A stretch of DNA of 64,000 nt. It comes from Thermostichus sp. DRC_bins_24 (lineage in GTDB: Bacteria; Cyanobacteriota; Cyanobacteriia; Thermostichales; Thermostichaceae). The notes under the pieces are model-generated. The model saw nothing but the letters and a program-made list of their open reading frames with translations. It was not told the DNA's origin and made no database searches. How positions within the stretch are numbered: the first letter of the stretch is position 1; each line of letters opens with the position of its first letter. The position numbers and the translations under genes are program-made. Where the stretch lies: NCBI GenBank assembly GCA_039794845.1, contig JAUQVK010000067.1, positions 44,559 to 108,558 on the forward strand. Direction: 5' to 3'. Of the stretch, positions 1-11,971 are shown in pieces.

Positions 1-634
1 GCAGTGGGCCCATCGATGGGAAGGGCAGTATCCGCGCACGCTGGCGGAGTTGGCTCAACCTTTGGCGGACCGCCGTTCTGGGCTGTTGGCGGTGGTGTTG
101 GCGGCTTTGCTGTGGGATCCCTCAGCTCCGGCAGATCTTCAGGCAGAGGCCGTTGAAACAGATCTGGAGCGGTTACGCTTCAGTCGGGCAGAGATGCGGG
201 CGGTGCAAAAGCTATATCATCTCTTGCCTCAGTTGCTTTCTTTGCTCACGGGATCCCCTACCCCCGTCCAACAGTGGCGGCTGTATCAACAGGCGGGATC
301 CCTATTCGGGGGTTTGGCCCTGTTGGCCGTGGCGACGGGATGGGCTGACCCTCTGGCTCTTGTGGAGCAAGAAGGGCAGAAGACTAAGATACCGTTCGCG
401 CAACAACTGGAACCCTGGCTCACTCGCTATGAAGACCCAGGGGATCCCTTAGCCCATCTGGTTCCTCTTCTGGATGGCAGCGATGTGTTGCACAGTTTGG
501 GAGCAAAACCTGGCCCTTGGGTAGGGCAACTGCTACAGGCTCTCCAAGAGGCCCAAGCCTGTGGCCGAATCCAAACCCGTGACGAGGCCCTCACGTTTGC
601 TCACCAGTGGCGTGAGAAAGGCTCGCAAAATTAG
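1..634 (+). CDS. CCA-adding enzyme / poly(A) polymerase family, C-terminal part (5' end outside window)
   Basis: C-terminal motif PLLDGSDV..LGAKPGPWVGQLLQALQEAQACGRIQTRDEAL typical of tRNA nucleotidyltransferases; stop TAG 632-634. Confidence 0.75.
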   Translation, partial: QWAHRWEGQYPRTLAELAQPLADRRSGLLAVVLAALLWDPSAPADLQAEAVETDLERLRFSRAEMRAVQKLYHLLPQLLSLLTGSPTPVQQWRLYQQAGSLFGGLALLAVATGWADPLALVEQEGQKTKIPFAQQLEPWLTRYEDPGDPLAHLVPLLDGSDVLHSLGAKPGPWVGQLLQALQEAQACGRIQTRDEALTFAHQWREKGSQN

Positions 635-1498
635 CACTTAGGCGGGTAGACCGCAGGTCGTTCCTAGCCCCGCCCTGTACCCGCAGGGTCAGGGTCGGGA
701 TGAGAGCCGCGTGAGCCGAAGGAGAACAATAGCCTAGGCATCACAAAGGGATTTCTGCTTTCAATATGAAGAAACAGATTCCTGCACTAAAAGCAGAGCA
801 TGAATGGCTGAAAGAGTGCTATTCCCAATGCTTACAGCAATCGGTACTGAATCTGTCTCAGGCATTTCAAAACTTTTTTGAGGGCAGGGCAAAGTATCCC
901 AATTTCAAATCAAAGCACCATCGCCAGTCTGTTCAGTTCCCCCAAAATGTCAAAGTGATTTCTGAATCTGCAATCAAGTTTCCTGGCTTGCTGGGAACGA
1001 TTGCAGCCAAGATTCACAGACCAATTGAAGGACAACTAAAAACAGTTACAGTGTCGAAGATGCCAGACGGAAAATACTTTGCATCGCTGCTGGTAGATGT
1101 AGGCTGGGGGCAGTTCTGCACCATGCTCAAATACAAAGCAGAGTTTGAAGGCAAGGTGTATCTAGAGATTGGGCGATTCTTCCCAAGCTCTCATCCTTGC
1201 TCAAACACACTGCTACCGCTAGAAAAGATGGATTTATCGATTCGCTCGTTTGTCTGCCCTCATTGCTCAGAACGGCATGACAGGGATGTCAATGCAGCAA
1301 TCAATATCAGAAATGAAGGCTTGCGGATATCGGTGAGCCAGGGTCTGGCTCACTTGGCCTCAGGAAGTGGGGCTTCTGCTCTAGGACGCGACGTTAAGAC
1401 CCAAGGGAGGAAGGCGCAAGTCTACCCTCTCCGAGGCAGTCGCGGTTGATTAGAGAAGCCCGCGCGCTTTCGCTTGCGAGGAGCGTCGGGTACTTCAC
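635..1498 (+). mobile_element. Non-autonomous, internally deleted IS200/IS605-family element
   Basis: Preceded by TTAG; hairpin-rich left end (about 645-710); tnpB remnant; right-end hairpin gaagcccgcgcgct...agcgtcggg ending TTCAC at 1498; no tnpA. Confidence 0.85.
766..1449 (+). pseudogene. tnpB: TnpB (RNA-guided endonuclease) remnant lacking the N-terminus, RuvC-I and RuvC-II
   Basis: EWLKECYSQCLQQSVLNLSQAFQNFFEGRAKYPNFKSK present; GKYFASLLVD joins directly to VGWGQFCTMLKYKAE; FFPSS, CPHC and HDRDVNAAINI retained; GxDxG and EDL motifs missing. Confidence 0.85.
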
Positions 1499-2241
1499 CC
1501 GAAGCGGTAACCGAAGCCGCGCACCGTTACCAAATACTCGGGGCTACTGGGATCCAGCTCCAATTTCTCCCGCAACCAGCGAATATGCACATCCACGGTT
1601 TTGCTGTCGCCCATAAAGTCGGATCCCCAAATGCGCTCGAGCAACTGCTCACGGGTCCAAACGCGGCGTGGGTTACCCATGAACAACTCCAGCAGGCGAA
1701 ACTCCTTAGGGGAAAAATTCACCTCAATGCCCCGCACCAGCACCCGGCATTCTTGGGTAAACATACACAGATCCCCATACCGCAACACCGTGGCATCGCC
1801 CACCTGAGAGTGCTGCTGCCGACGCAACACCGAACGACAGCGGGCGATCAACTCCCGCATCCCAAAGGGCTTGGTTAGGTAGTCATCTGCGCCCAGCTCC
1901 AGGCCCACCACCCGGTCGGTTTCGCTGCTTTTGGCCGTCAACATCAGAATTGGGATGGTGTTGCCTTCCCGTCGCAACAGCCGACAGAGATCCAGCCCGT
2001 TCAAGCTAGGCAACATCAAATCCAAGATCACCAGGTCCAGCCGCTCGGCGGTGTGCACCAGTTCGAGGGCTTGGCGGCCATCGTTGGCCTGCAAAACCCG
2101 ATAGCCCTGCTCTTCTAGGGCAAGAGCGATCGTTTCCCGAATAGTGTCCTCATCATCCACTACCAACAGAGTCTCCGACAGGGGAGAGACTTCCCTAACC
2201 TGGGGAAGTGGATTGGTCAATGTTGGAAGGGTTGCTTGCAT
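1495..2241 (-). CDS. sphR: OmpR-family response regulator, PhoB/SphR-like
   Basis: Receiver domain (VVDDE, LDLMLP, GADDYLTKPF) plus winged helix (SPKEFRLLELFM, GDSKTVDVHIRWLREKLE, TVRGFGYRFG). Confidence 0.8.
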   Translation of the reverse strand: MQATLPTLTNPLPQVREVSPLSETLLVVDDEDTIRETIALALEEQGYRVLQANDGRQALELVHTAERLDLVILDLMLPSLNGLDLCRLLRREGNTIPILMLTAKSSETDRVVGLELGADDYLTKPFGMRELIARCRSVLRRQQHSQVGDATVLRYGDLCMFTQECRVLVRGIEVNFSPKEFRLLELFMGNPRRVWTREQLLERIWGSDFMGDSKTVDVHIRWLREKLELDPSSPEYLVTVRGFGYRFG

Positions 2242-2523
2242 GATTCAGCCTCAGAGGGAAAGAAGGGCAAGTGCCACCACCTTCAACAGCAGCCCCTCGA
2301 TAGGATATCAAACTTCTGCGATGAGCAATTAGGGCAGCAGCAGCAGGAAAGCAGAGGGAAGCTCTTCCGAGGTCCTCGGACGGTGGATGTGGCCACAAGG
2401 ATTCCGAGTCCCGCTGGGAAGCTGTGGCATCAGCAGTGCTTTTTAGGATGATTTAAGATCGGCTCGGCTCCGTCTTTCGGGTGCGCTGTTGCTGCTGAGT
2501 TCTATTTTGATGGGAACCTGCCC

Positions 2524-3432
2524 ATGTCTGCTTCTCCTCTTGCACCGTCCTTTTGGGCTACCGGCGGAGCGATTCTGCGGCTGTTGCGCTGGCACAAACC
2601 CGCGGGACGGTTGATTTTGATGATTCCGGCCTTGTGGGGGGCTTTTCTGGCCGGACGAGGGATCCCACCCTGGCCGTTGGTGGGGATTATCGTTCTGGGT
2701 ACTTTGGCCACCAGTGGCGCAGGGTGCGTGATCAACGACCTGTGGGATCGCAATTTGGATCCCTTGGTGGAGCGCACCCGCAACCGGCCTTTGGCCAGCC
2801 GGGAATTGACCGTGGGTGTAGCGATCCTGATGCTGCTGGTGAGTTTGGCCTGTGCGGCAGGGTTGGCGCTTTTTCTGAACCCCGTTAGTTTTGGTTTGTG
2901 TGTGGCGGCAGTGCCGGTGATTTTGCTCTATCCGGGGGCGAAGCGGGTCTTTCCGGTGCCGCAGTTGGTATTGGCGCTGGCCTGGGGCTTTGCGGTGTTG
3001 ATCAGCTGGACGGCGGTGAGCGGCCAGGATGCAAATACACCCCTGTGGGAGGGCGGTTTGGTCTGGCTGTGGCTGGCCACGGTTCTGTGGACGCTGGGGT
3101 TTGATACGGTCTACGCCCTCTCGGATCGGGAGGATGACGAACGGGCCGGGATCCACTCCAGTGCGAGATTTTTCGGGCGGTGGGCGCCGACGGCAGTGGG
3201 GTTGTTTTTTCTGGGCACCGCAATCGCCCTGTTGGGAGTGGGGGTGAGCTTGCAGCTGCAGGGAGTTTACTTCGCCAGTTGGGTGATTGCCACCTTCATC
3301 TGGGGCCGACAAACCTGGCAGCTGCATCAGGTGGATGCTCCCCCGACGTTGTACCCCACCATCTTCGGTCAGAATGTGGTGCAAGGATTTATTTTGCTGG
3401 CGGGTATGATCGGCGGATCCCTGTTGGCCTGA
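2524..3432 (+). CDS. plqA: 4-hydroxybenzoate solanesyltransferase (UbiA family)
   Basis: LLRWHKPAGRLILMIP, NDLWDRNLDPLVERTRNRPLAS, DTVYALSDREDD; multiple TM segments. Confidence 0.9.
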   Translation: MSASPLAPSFWATGGAILRLLRWHKPAGRLILMIPALWGAFLAGRGIPPWPLVGIIVLGTLATSGAGCVINDLWDRNLDPLVERTRNRPLASRELTVGVAILMLLVSLACAAGLALFLNPVSFGLCVAAVPVILLYPGAKRVFPVPQLVLALAWGFAVLISWTAVSGQDANTPLWEGGLVWLWLATVLWTLGFDTVYALSDREDDERAGIHSSARFFGRWAPTAVGLFFLGTAIALLGVGVSLQLQGVYFASWVIATFIWGRQTWQLHQVDAPPTLYPTIFGQNVVQGFILLAGMIGGSLLA

Positions 3433-3605
3433 GGGTCCGCTGGATTTTGGGGCAGGTGGTGTAGCCGAGAAGGGATCCCGGCCTGGTTTCAAGCCGACGA
3501 CTCTTTGGGCCTTGATGCCGGAATTAACCCATTGCCAGGAGCCCACTATACAATTACTCACAATTACTCAAATCAATTACTGTGCCTTGAGGGCTTGGGC
3601 TCCTG

Positions 3606-5086
3606 ATGGCTTCCTTGAGCGGTGGCGCGCCTCCCTACGACATCCTCATCCTCTCAAACGGCCCCGGAGAGCTGACCACCTGGGTACGTCCGGTTGTGAT
3701 GGAATTGCGCCAGCAACTGCCTCAAGCGCGCCTTTCGCTGGTGCTCTCCCCCTGTCCCCACGCATCGGGGCAGGAAGTGAAGATGGCCCAAGAGTTCATC
3801 AAGATTGATCGGGTGCAGGATCCCGATTTTTTTCTGGCTTTTTTGCTTACCGGCCAAACGGAAGAAGCCTGGGATTGGGCCGAACGGGGGGTGGTGTTGT
3901 TTCTGGGGGGAGATCAGTTTTTTGCCGTCTGCATCGCCCAGCGCCTGCGCTACCGCCTGGTGGTGTACGCCGAGCATCGGCCCCGTTGGCAACCCTGGGT
4001 ACATGCCTTTGCCCTACGAACTGAGGACAGCAAGCGACGTTACGACGGCGGATGGCTGTTGGGCCACCGTTGGGCCGGCAAAATGCACGTTGTCGGGGAT
4101 TTGATGGCGGATGGTGTGGCCAGTGCCACCTATTTGCCGGGGGTATCGGTTTCCGGCTGGCCCAGCGGTGGCTCTTTCTCCGCGGAGCCCCCTACCGTTG
4201 CCTCAAAACCAACGGCGGGGTTCTCCTCGCTGACGCAGATTTCTGCCCTGATCAAAGATGTGCCTTTCGAGGGCACTGTTCCGGAGCAGGAACCCCATCG
4301 CTCTGTCGAAAAAGCATTGCTGCCACGCGGCTGGCAACGCCTGAGCGATGGGAGCCGCACCCACTATCAGGTGGGATTACTGCCGGGATCCAAGCCCGCC
4401 AAGCTCTCGTTGGGGGTGCCGCTGGTTCTGGCGGTGGCCGATGAGTTGCGCCAACACCTGCCCAACATCCGCTTTGTGATTCCGGTGGCCCCCGGCCAAA
4501 CCCCGCAATCTCTGGCGGGCTATGCCCATCCCAAGTTCAATCCCGATATGGCCCTGATCTATGGCACCTCTGGAACTTTGGAACAAACCAATCTGGGGGC
4601 GCAGTTCGTCACGCCCTTTGGCAGCACCGTACAACTGTGGACGACGTTCCCCGCCTATTCGGTGTTGGCCAACTGCGATCTCTGTCTGACGACAGTTGGC
4701 GCCAATACTGCGGAATTGGCCCGGCTGGGGGTGCCGATGGTGGTGGTGATCCCCACCAATAAACTCGAGGCGATGCGCGCTTGGGATGGGATCCTCGGCC
4801 TGTTGGTCAATTGGCCCGGCATTGGCGCCTGGTTGGCCCGTCGCATTAATCGTGTGGCCTTGCGCTGGTTGAGCCACTTGGCTTGGCCGAATATCTGGGC
4901 AGGACGGGAGGTGGTTCCGGAGTTGCGGGGCCATTTGCGGCCGGTGGAGGTAGCAGAGGCGATGCGGGTTTTGTTGGAGGATCCGCAGCGGCGACGGCAA
5001 ATGCAGATGGAGTTGCAACAGTTGGGGGGAAGGCCGGGGGCAGCGCAAGCGCTTGTGCAGTTGGTGGCTCAGCAGTTGAGCAAAGG

Positions 5087-5090
<4 letters not shown>
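3606..5090 (+). CDS. Lipid-A-disaccharide synthase-like glycosyltransferase (cyanobacterial LpxB-related)
   Basis: DILILSNGPGELTTWVRPVV, LLPGSKPAKL, TTVGANTAEL, LAWPNIWAGREVVPEL. Confidence 0.8.
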
Positions 5091-6879
<1,789 letters not shown>

Positions 6880-6951
6880 GGCACTGACGTAAAGATGAAT
6901 GAGTTCAGGATCTTGGGCTGGGCCTGGGATCCTGAACTCTTTGGGGATCCC

Positions 6952-8154
6952 TTAGCGCCGCTGAGCTTGTGACCACACGCGGGTGGGCAGGCCCCAAATG
7001 TAGATAAAGCCCTCGGCAGCTTTGTGGTCGAATTGATCCCCTTCGCCGTAGGTGGCCAGCTCCGCATTGTAGAGCGACTGGCTGGATTGGCGCCCGACGC
7101 ACACCGCTTGTCCTTTGTGGAGACGCATGCGAACCACTCCCGTGACGGTTTTTTGGGTGGCCCGGACAAACGCATCCAAAGCATCCCGTAGGGGCGAGTA
7201 CCAAAGGCCGTTGTACACCAGTTGGCTGTAGGTGGTCTCGATGCCGTACTTGTAGTGGGTGACATCGCGGGTGAGGGTGAGGCTTTCCAGCTCGCGGTGG
7301 GCCTGAATCAGCACCAACAGGGCAGGGCACTCGTAGATCTCGCGGGATTTGATCCCCACCAAGCGGTTTTCCACCATGTCGATGCGACCGACCCCATTTG
7401 CCCCTGCCAAGAAGTTCAGCCGCTCGAAAAGCATCTTCGGCTCCAGCCGCTCGCCATCTAGGCCCACGGGGATCCCTTGCTCGAACTCAATCTCTACATA
7501 GGTCGGCTCATCTGGCGTATCCTGCACCGGCTTGGTAAGGGCATATACCTCTTCGGGGGGCTCGGTATTGGCATCTTCTAGGATCCCGGCTTCGGCACTG
7601 CGGCCCAAAATGTTCAGGTCAATGCTGTAGGGGCTGGATTTTTTCACCGGCGAAGGGATCCCGAAGCGCTCCCCATAGGCAATGGTTTCCTCTCGTGTCA
7701 TGCCCCACTCGCGGGCCGGGGCCAGCACCTTCAGGCTGGGGTTGAGGGCGGTAATGGCCAAATCGAAGCGCACCTGGTCGTTGCCTTTGCCGGTGCAGCC
7801 ATGGGCCACCGCATCCGCCCCCACTTCTTCGGCCACCTGCACCAACAGTTTGGCGATCAGAGGTCGAGCCAGCGAGGTGGAGAGGGGATAGCGATTTTCG
7901 TAGAGGGCATTGGCTTGAATGGCAGGGAAAGCGTAGTCGGTGATCAATTCCCGAATGGCATCGCGCACCAGAGACTGTTCGGCGCCTGCGGTCAGGGCTT
8001 TGGCTTGAATGGCGTCCAGTTCTGCCCCTTGCCCCAGATCCACCGCCAGGGTCACCACCGATTCCACCCCCCATTCGTGAATGAGATAGGGGATACAGAC
8101 CGAGGTATCCACCCCACCCGAATAGGCCAACACCACCTTCTTCGCCCGTCCCAT
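6952..8154 (-). CDS. argG: Argininosuccinate synthase
   Basis: [39 protein letters not shown]. Confidence 0.97.
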   Translation of the reverse strand: MGRAKKVVLAYSGGVDTSVCIPYLIHEWGVESVVTLAVDLGQGAELDAIQAKALTAGAEQSLVRDAIRELITDYAFPAIQANALYENRYPLSTSLARPLIAKLLVQVAEEVGADAVAHGCTGKGNDQVRFDLAITALNPSLKVLAPAREWGMTREETIAYGERFGIPSPVKKSSPYSIDLNILGRSAEAGILEDANTEPPEEVYALTKPVQDTPDEPTYVEIEFEQGIPVGLDGERLEPKMLFERLNFLAGANGVGRIDMVENRLVGIKSREIYECPALLVLIQAHRELESLTLTRDVTHYKYGIETTYSQLVYNGLWYSPLRDALDAFVRATQKTVTGVVRMRLHKGQAVCVGRQSSQSLYNAELATYGEGDQFDHKAAEGFIYIWGLPTRVWSQAQRR

Positions 8155-8379
8155 GCTGCCGCGGATCCCCAGTTAAAAAGTTGCTAGCTCATTATGCCCT
8201 GCGGGATCGGTCTTGGCTCACTACGCAACTTTATCCAGCGGCAATCCGGCCAAAGGAAGAGAGCTAAAAGGGACACACGCGCCCTTTCGTCAGCTATTCT
8301 CAAAGGGATTTCTCTGGCCAATGTCAAAAAGGCATCCGGCGGGGGAAATCCCTGGGGTGTGAGGAAAACTGAGGTGAGC

Positions 8380-10356
8380 ATGGCTGGCAAGAAGACCACG
8401 CCGGGACGGCTGGGGCGCAAACGAAGTCCGGTTCTGGTTTGGGCGGGGCTGCTGTCGTTGCTGAGCTTTGTGGGAGGAATGGGGCTGGCGGGGATGTCTC
8501 GTCAGGAGGTTGGCTCTTCATCTTCCGGATCCCCAAGTCAGTCGGGTTCGGCAGGGCCCGAGTCCCCTCGCTTTACCGCTCACGGTTGGCCGCTGTTGGA
8601 TCCGAAGCCACAGCCGGATCAGGTGTGGGAATGTGAATTGGTGGTGGTGGGGGGATCCCTGGGGGGGGTGGCGGCAGCCAGTCAGGCGATGCGGGCTGGG
8701 GTGCAAACCTGTTTGATCGAGTTAACCCCTTGGTTGGGGGGGCAGATCACCTCGCAGGGGGTATCGGCTATTGATGAATCCCTGCCGATGCGCCAACGGG
8801 GCAATTTTTCCAGCCATTGGATACAGTTCAAAGCCCTCTTGGAAAGCCAGCCTGTGACGTTGCCCGCTTGGACAGGGATCCCGGTGGGGACGCGCGTGGC
8901 GGATATCAACAGTTGCTGGGTGGGGGGCTTGTGTTTTCCGCCTGCTGCTGGGGTCAAGGCGGTGGAAACTTGGCTAGAACAAGCGGCCCAAAATGCCCCC
9001 AACAGTCGCTGGGTTACCCAGACTGCCTTTAAGGGGGCAACCTTCAGCCCGGATGGATCCCGAATTGAGAGCATTTACGCGGTGCAACGGCAACCCCGGG
9101 ATCCGAACTTTGTGCCACCCGGTCGGCTGTGGCGGGAATTGGCCAGTTGGTACAGCTGGGGGGAAACAGAGGTTTTTGCCAAGCGCTCGCTGCGCCTACA
9201 AGCTCCGCCCGGACGAGAATTGTTTGTCATCGATGCCACGGATACCGGGGAACTGGTGGGTTGGGCCGGGATCCCCTATCGGGTGGGTTCTGAAAGTCGT
9301 GAATTGCTGGGTGAACCCAATGGGGCCCCAGATACCAACCCAGAGTGCACACAAGCCTTTACTTTTCCCTTTGTGATGGCCATTCACGACGATGGCGGGC
9401 GCTCAAAAGCCGAGTTGGCACAGCTGCAACCGGGCTATTCCCGCGCCGAGCACCGACGGGAGTTTGACATGGAAGGGTTTCCCACCTTCAGTGGCCAGAG
9501 CTTTTTTAACTACCGCCGCATCGTCAGCAAGGGGCGCACGGATCCCTTTTACGGCACCCCCGTTCCTGGGGATTTGACGATGGTGAACTGGAACCGCGGC
9601 AACGACTGGGGCATCATGAACCCACCCCTGATTTTGACGGAAGAACGCCTGCAGGAATCTGGCCAACGGCACAACTGGTTGGGGGGGCTGGATGTCTCGG
9701 CGATCAAAGATGGGGAGAATCACGCCCTGTTGTTTGCCGAGTGGCTGATGGAAACTCAGCAGCGATCTGGCTATCCTTTGTCGTTGCTGTTTGGGGAAGA
9801 GTCGTTGATGGGCACTCGTTCTGGCCTTAGCCTTTATCCCTATATTCGGGAAGGGCGGCGCATTCTTGGTCGAGCAGCCTACGGTCAGTCGGAATTCATG
9901 ATGCTAGAGCAGGATATTCGCAAAGGACTAGGTCCTGCTAACGCAACTGGCACCACAGGTGGGCGGGATTTCACCCCGACAGTGGTGGGGGTGACCCACT
10001 ATGCCATCGATATCCACGGCTGTCGTTATCGCAACTGGGAGCCCTCTTTGTCCGCCAGTTCTGCCCCGATCAACGAGTTTTCCGTCCATCCGATTCGTAT
10101 CCCTCTAGAGGCTCTGATCCCCCAACGGCTGGATAATGTGCTGATTGGTGGCAAGGGAATTGCAGTGAGTCACATCGTCAATGCCGCCACCCGGGTTCAT
10201 TACGGCGAATGGACCATTGGCTCGGCGGCAGGGTTGACGGTTGCTTGGTTGCGCACTCAGGATCCCAGCTTGACTCCGGCTCAGATCGTACCGCAGGGGA
10301 AAATCACGGATTTGCAGGGCTACCTTGTTTCCCGCGGACAACGGCTGCAATGGTAG
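8380..10356 (+). CDS. FAD-dependent oxidoreductase with N-terminal membrane anchor
   Basis: VVVGGSLGGVAAA, LGGQITSQGVSAIDE, IDATDTGEL, PYIREGRRI; GAGGTG RBS before ATG 8380. Confidence 0.8.
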   Translation: MAGKKTTPGRLGRKRSPVLVWAGLLSLLSFVGGMGLAGMSRQEVGSSSSGSPSQSGSAGPESPRFTAHGWPLLDPKPQPDQVWECELVVVGGSLGGVAAASQAMRAGVQTCLIELTPWLGGQITSQGVSAIDESLPMRQRGNFSSHWIQFKALLESQPVTLPAWTGIPVGTRVADINSCWVGGLCFPPAAGVKAVETWLEQAAQNAPNSRWVTQTAFKGATFSPDGSRIESIYAVQRQPRDPNFVPPGRLWRELASWYSWGETEVFAKRSLRLQAPPGRELFVIDATDTGELVGWAGIPYRVGSESRELLGEPNGAPDTNPECTQAFTFPFVMAIHDDGGRSKAELAQLQPGYSRAEHRREFDMEGFPTFSGQSFFNYRRIVSKGRTDPFYGTPVPGDLTMVNWNRGNDWGIMNPPLILTEERLQESGQRHNWLGGLDVSAIKDGENHALLFAEWLMETQQRSGYPLSLLFGEESLMGTRSGLSLYPYIREGRRILGRAAYGQSEFMMLEQDIRKGLGPANATGTTGGRDFTPTVVGVTHYAIDIHGCRYRNWEPSLSASSAPINEFSVHPIRIPLEALIPQRLDNVLIGGKGIAVSHIVNAATRVHYGEWTIGSAAGLTVAWLRTQDPSLTPAQIVPQGKITDLQGYLVSRGQRLQW

Positions 10357-11937
10357 TCAGTTTTGTCGTGACCAAGATTGCAAGGCCCGCAATTGAGGCG
10401 TTTTCTTCAGTTGGTGCGCCTCCATCCGCGTCAGAACATCATCCAAAATCGTGATGGCCTCGGCGATGAATGGCCCTTTATTGAGCATGACGCACTCAGC
10501 CCGTTCTGCCATGGCCGCATCCGTCATCTCTCCCCGCGAGGGGGCGCCTTTTTTCACCAAACTTTCCAACACTTGCGTGGCCCAAATCACCGGCACATGG
10601 GCCGCTTCGCACAGCCACAGAATTTCTTCTTGAATTTCCGCTAGGCGTTGATAGCCTATTTCCACTGCCAAATCTCCCCTAGCAATCATCACCCCAAACG
10701 ACTGTTTGCCAGCGGCATGAACAATCAGTTCGGGTAAGTTTTTCACCGCTACCGCCGTTTCAATTTTGGCCACCAGGGCCGGACTAGAGTGACCGACGGG
10801 AACGCGGCGTGCCAATTCTTCTTGTAAGCGATCAATATCCGCAGGCCGTTGTACAAAGGAGTAGCCAATCATGTCCGCATGCGCCACGACAAAATCCAAA
10901 TCCGACAAATCTTTTTCGGTGAGAGGGCTCAGGGGCAAGATCGTATTGGGAAAATTTAACCCCTTTTCGGGCCGCAGTCGGATCCCTTTGGGGCTGGCGT
11001 GGGTGACTTGCAGCAGCAACCCCAACGAGCCATCGGGCATGGGGTATTGTGTATCTACGACACGGGTACGAATTTTGCCGTCATCGATGTAAACAGGGGT
11101 CTCCACTGTCAACAAATCGAGAATCTCGGGTACTGTGCAGCAGGTCTGAAAATGCTGGGGAGCAGAGTCTGCAGAGTCCAGGGATTGCTCATCAAGTTTG
11201 CCCTGTTCTGCGTTTGGCGAACAACGGGACAGGAGAATAAAATCTCCGCGAAACACTCGCTTTTTGCCCATGGGGGCCAGTACAGGGCCCGTGCGGATTT
11301 TAGGCCCAGCCAAATCCATCAACACTTTGCAGTTCACCCCCAATTCTTGGGCCGCACGACGGGTATGGTCGATCATCTGCTGCCAAAGGGCTGGGGTATC
11401 GTGGGCACAGTTAATGCGCACACAGTTGGCCCCGCGTCGCAGCATTTCTTTCACCAAGGCCTCATCAAAGGCAGCCTCGGTGGGCAAGGTTACCAGGATC
11501 CTGACCCGGCGATGAGGCAAAGGGGGGCCGAACAGGTCTTCGGTGTGGCGATGTAGAAGGCGTTGTCCTTCAAAGAGGGCGGCCAGCGGTGGGTGATGGG
11601 GCGGGCCCTCTTGTCCACAGATGTGCTTGAGGGTGGCGATCACGGCATCGAGATTGGGGAGCACCCGTGCTTCAATACGACCCAGTGAGGACAATCCCCA
11701 GGGGATCAGTGCGGTTTGCAACTCCCGCAGATCATGGCGGCGCAGGGCCAAGTATTGGGCCAAATTGAGGGCACTGAAGAGGAAGTCTGGCCGTTGAATG
11801 AAGGGTTTCCACCGGTGGAAGGTGGCTTGTCCTTCGCGGGTTACCGACTGTCGTAGGGTTTGCAGAGCAAAGAGCAGGACTTCTGGACGAGAGAGGTCAT
11901 GGCTTTCGGCTATGGACTCCCAAGTGGGATGGCTCAT
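10357..11937 (-). CDS. pyk: Pyruvate kinase, atypical (N-terminal extension, no C-terminal allosteric domain)
   Basis: RINCAH, DLAGPKIRTG, IDDGKI, AKIET, MIARGDLAVE, ATQVLESL, PSRGEMTDAA, CVMLNKG. Confidence 0.85.
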   Translation of the reverse strand: MSHPTWESIAESHDLSRPEVLLFALQTLRQSVTREGQATFHRWKPFIQRPDFLFSALNLAQYLALRRHDLRELQTALIPWGLSSLGRIEARVLPNLDAVIATLKHICGQEGPPHHPPLAALFEGQRLLHRHTEDLFGPPLPHRRVRILVTLPTEAAFDEALVKEMLRRGANCVRINCAHDTPALWQQMIDHTRRAAQELGVNCKVLMDLAGPKIRTGPVLAPMGKKRVFRGDFILLSRCSPNAEQGKLDEQSLDSADSAPQHFQTCCTVPEILDLLTVETPVYIDDGKIRTRVVDTQYPMPDGSLGLLLQVTHASPKGIRLRPEKGLNFPNTILPLSPLTEKDLSDLDFVVAHADMIGYSFVQRPADIDRLQEELARRVPVGHSSPALVAKIETAVAVKNLPELIVHAAGKQSFGVMIARGDLAVEIGYQRLAEIQEEILWLCEAAHVPVIWATQVLESLVKKGAPSRGEMTDAAMAERAECVMLNKGPFIAEAITILDDVLTRMEAHQLKKTPQLRALQSWSRQN

Positions 11938-11971
11938 GGTTTAGGACTTGAGTTCAGCAGCTTTCACCTTC

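Noticed and set aside
2443..3561. Long antisense ORFs in the track (for example 2443-3561, 33482-34534, 47909-48793, 51028-51975, 53581-54552)
   Set aside because: Each lies opposite a well-supported gene and has no recognisable motif; they are expected shadow ORFs in GC-rich coding DNA.
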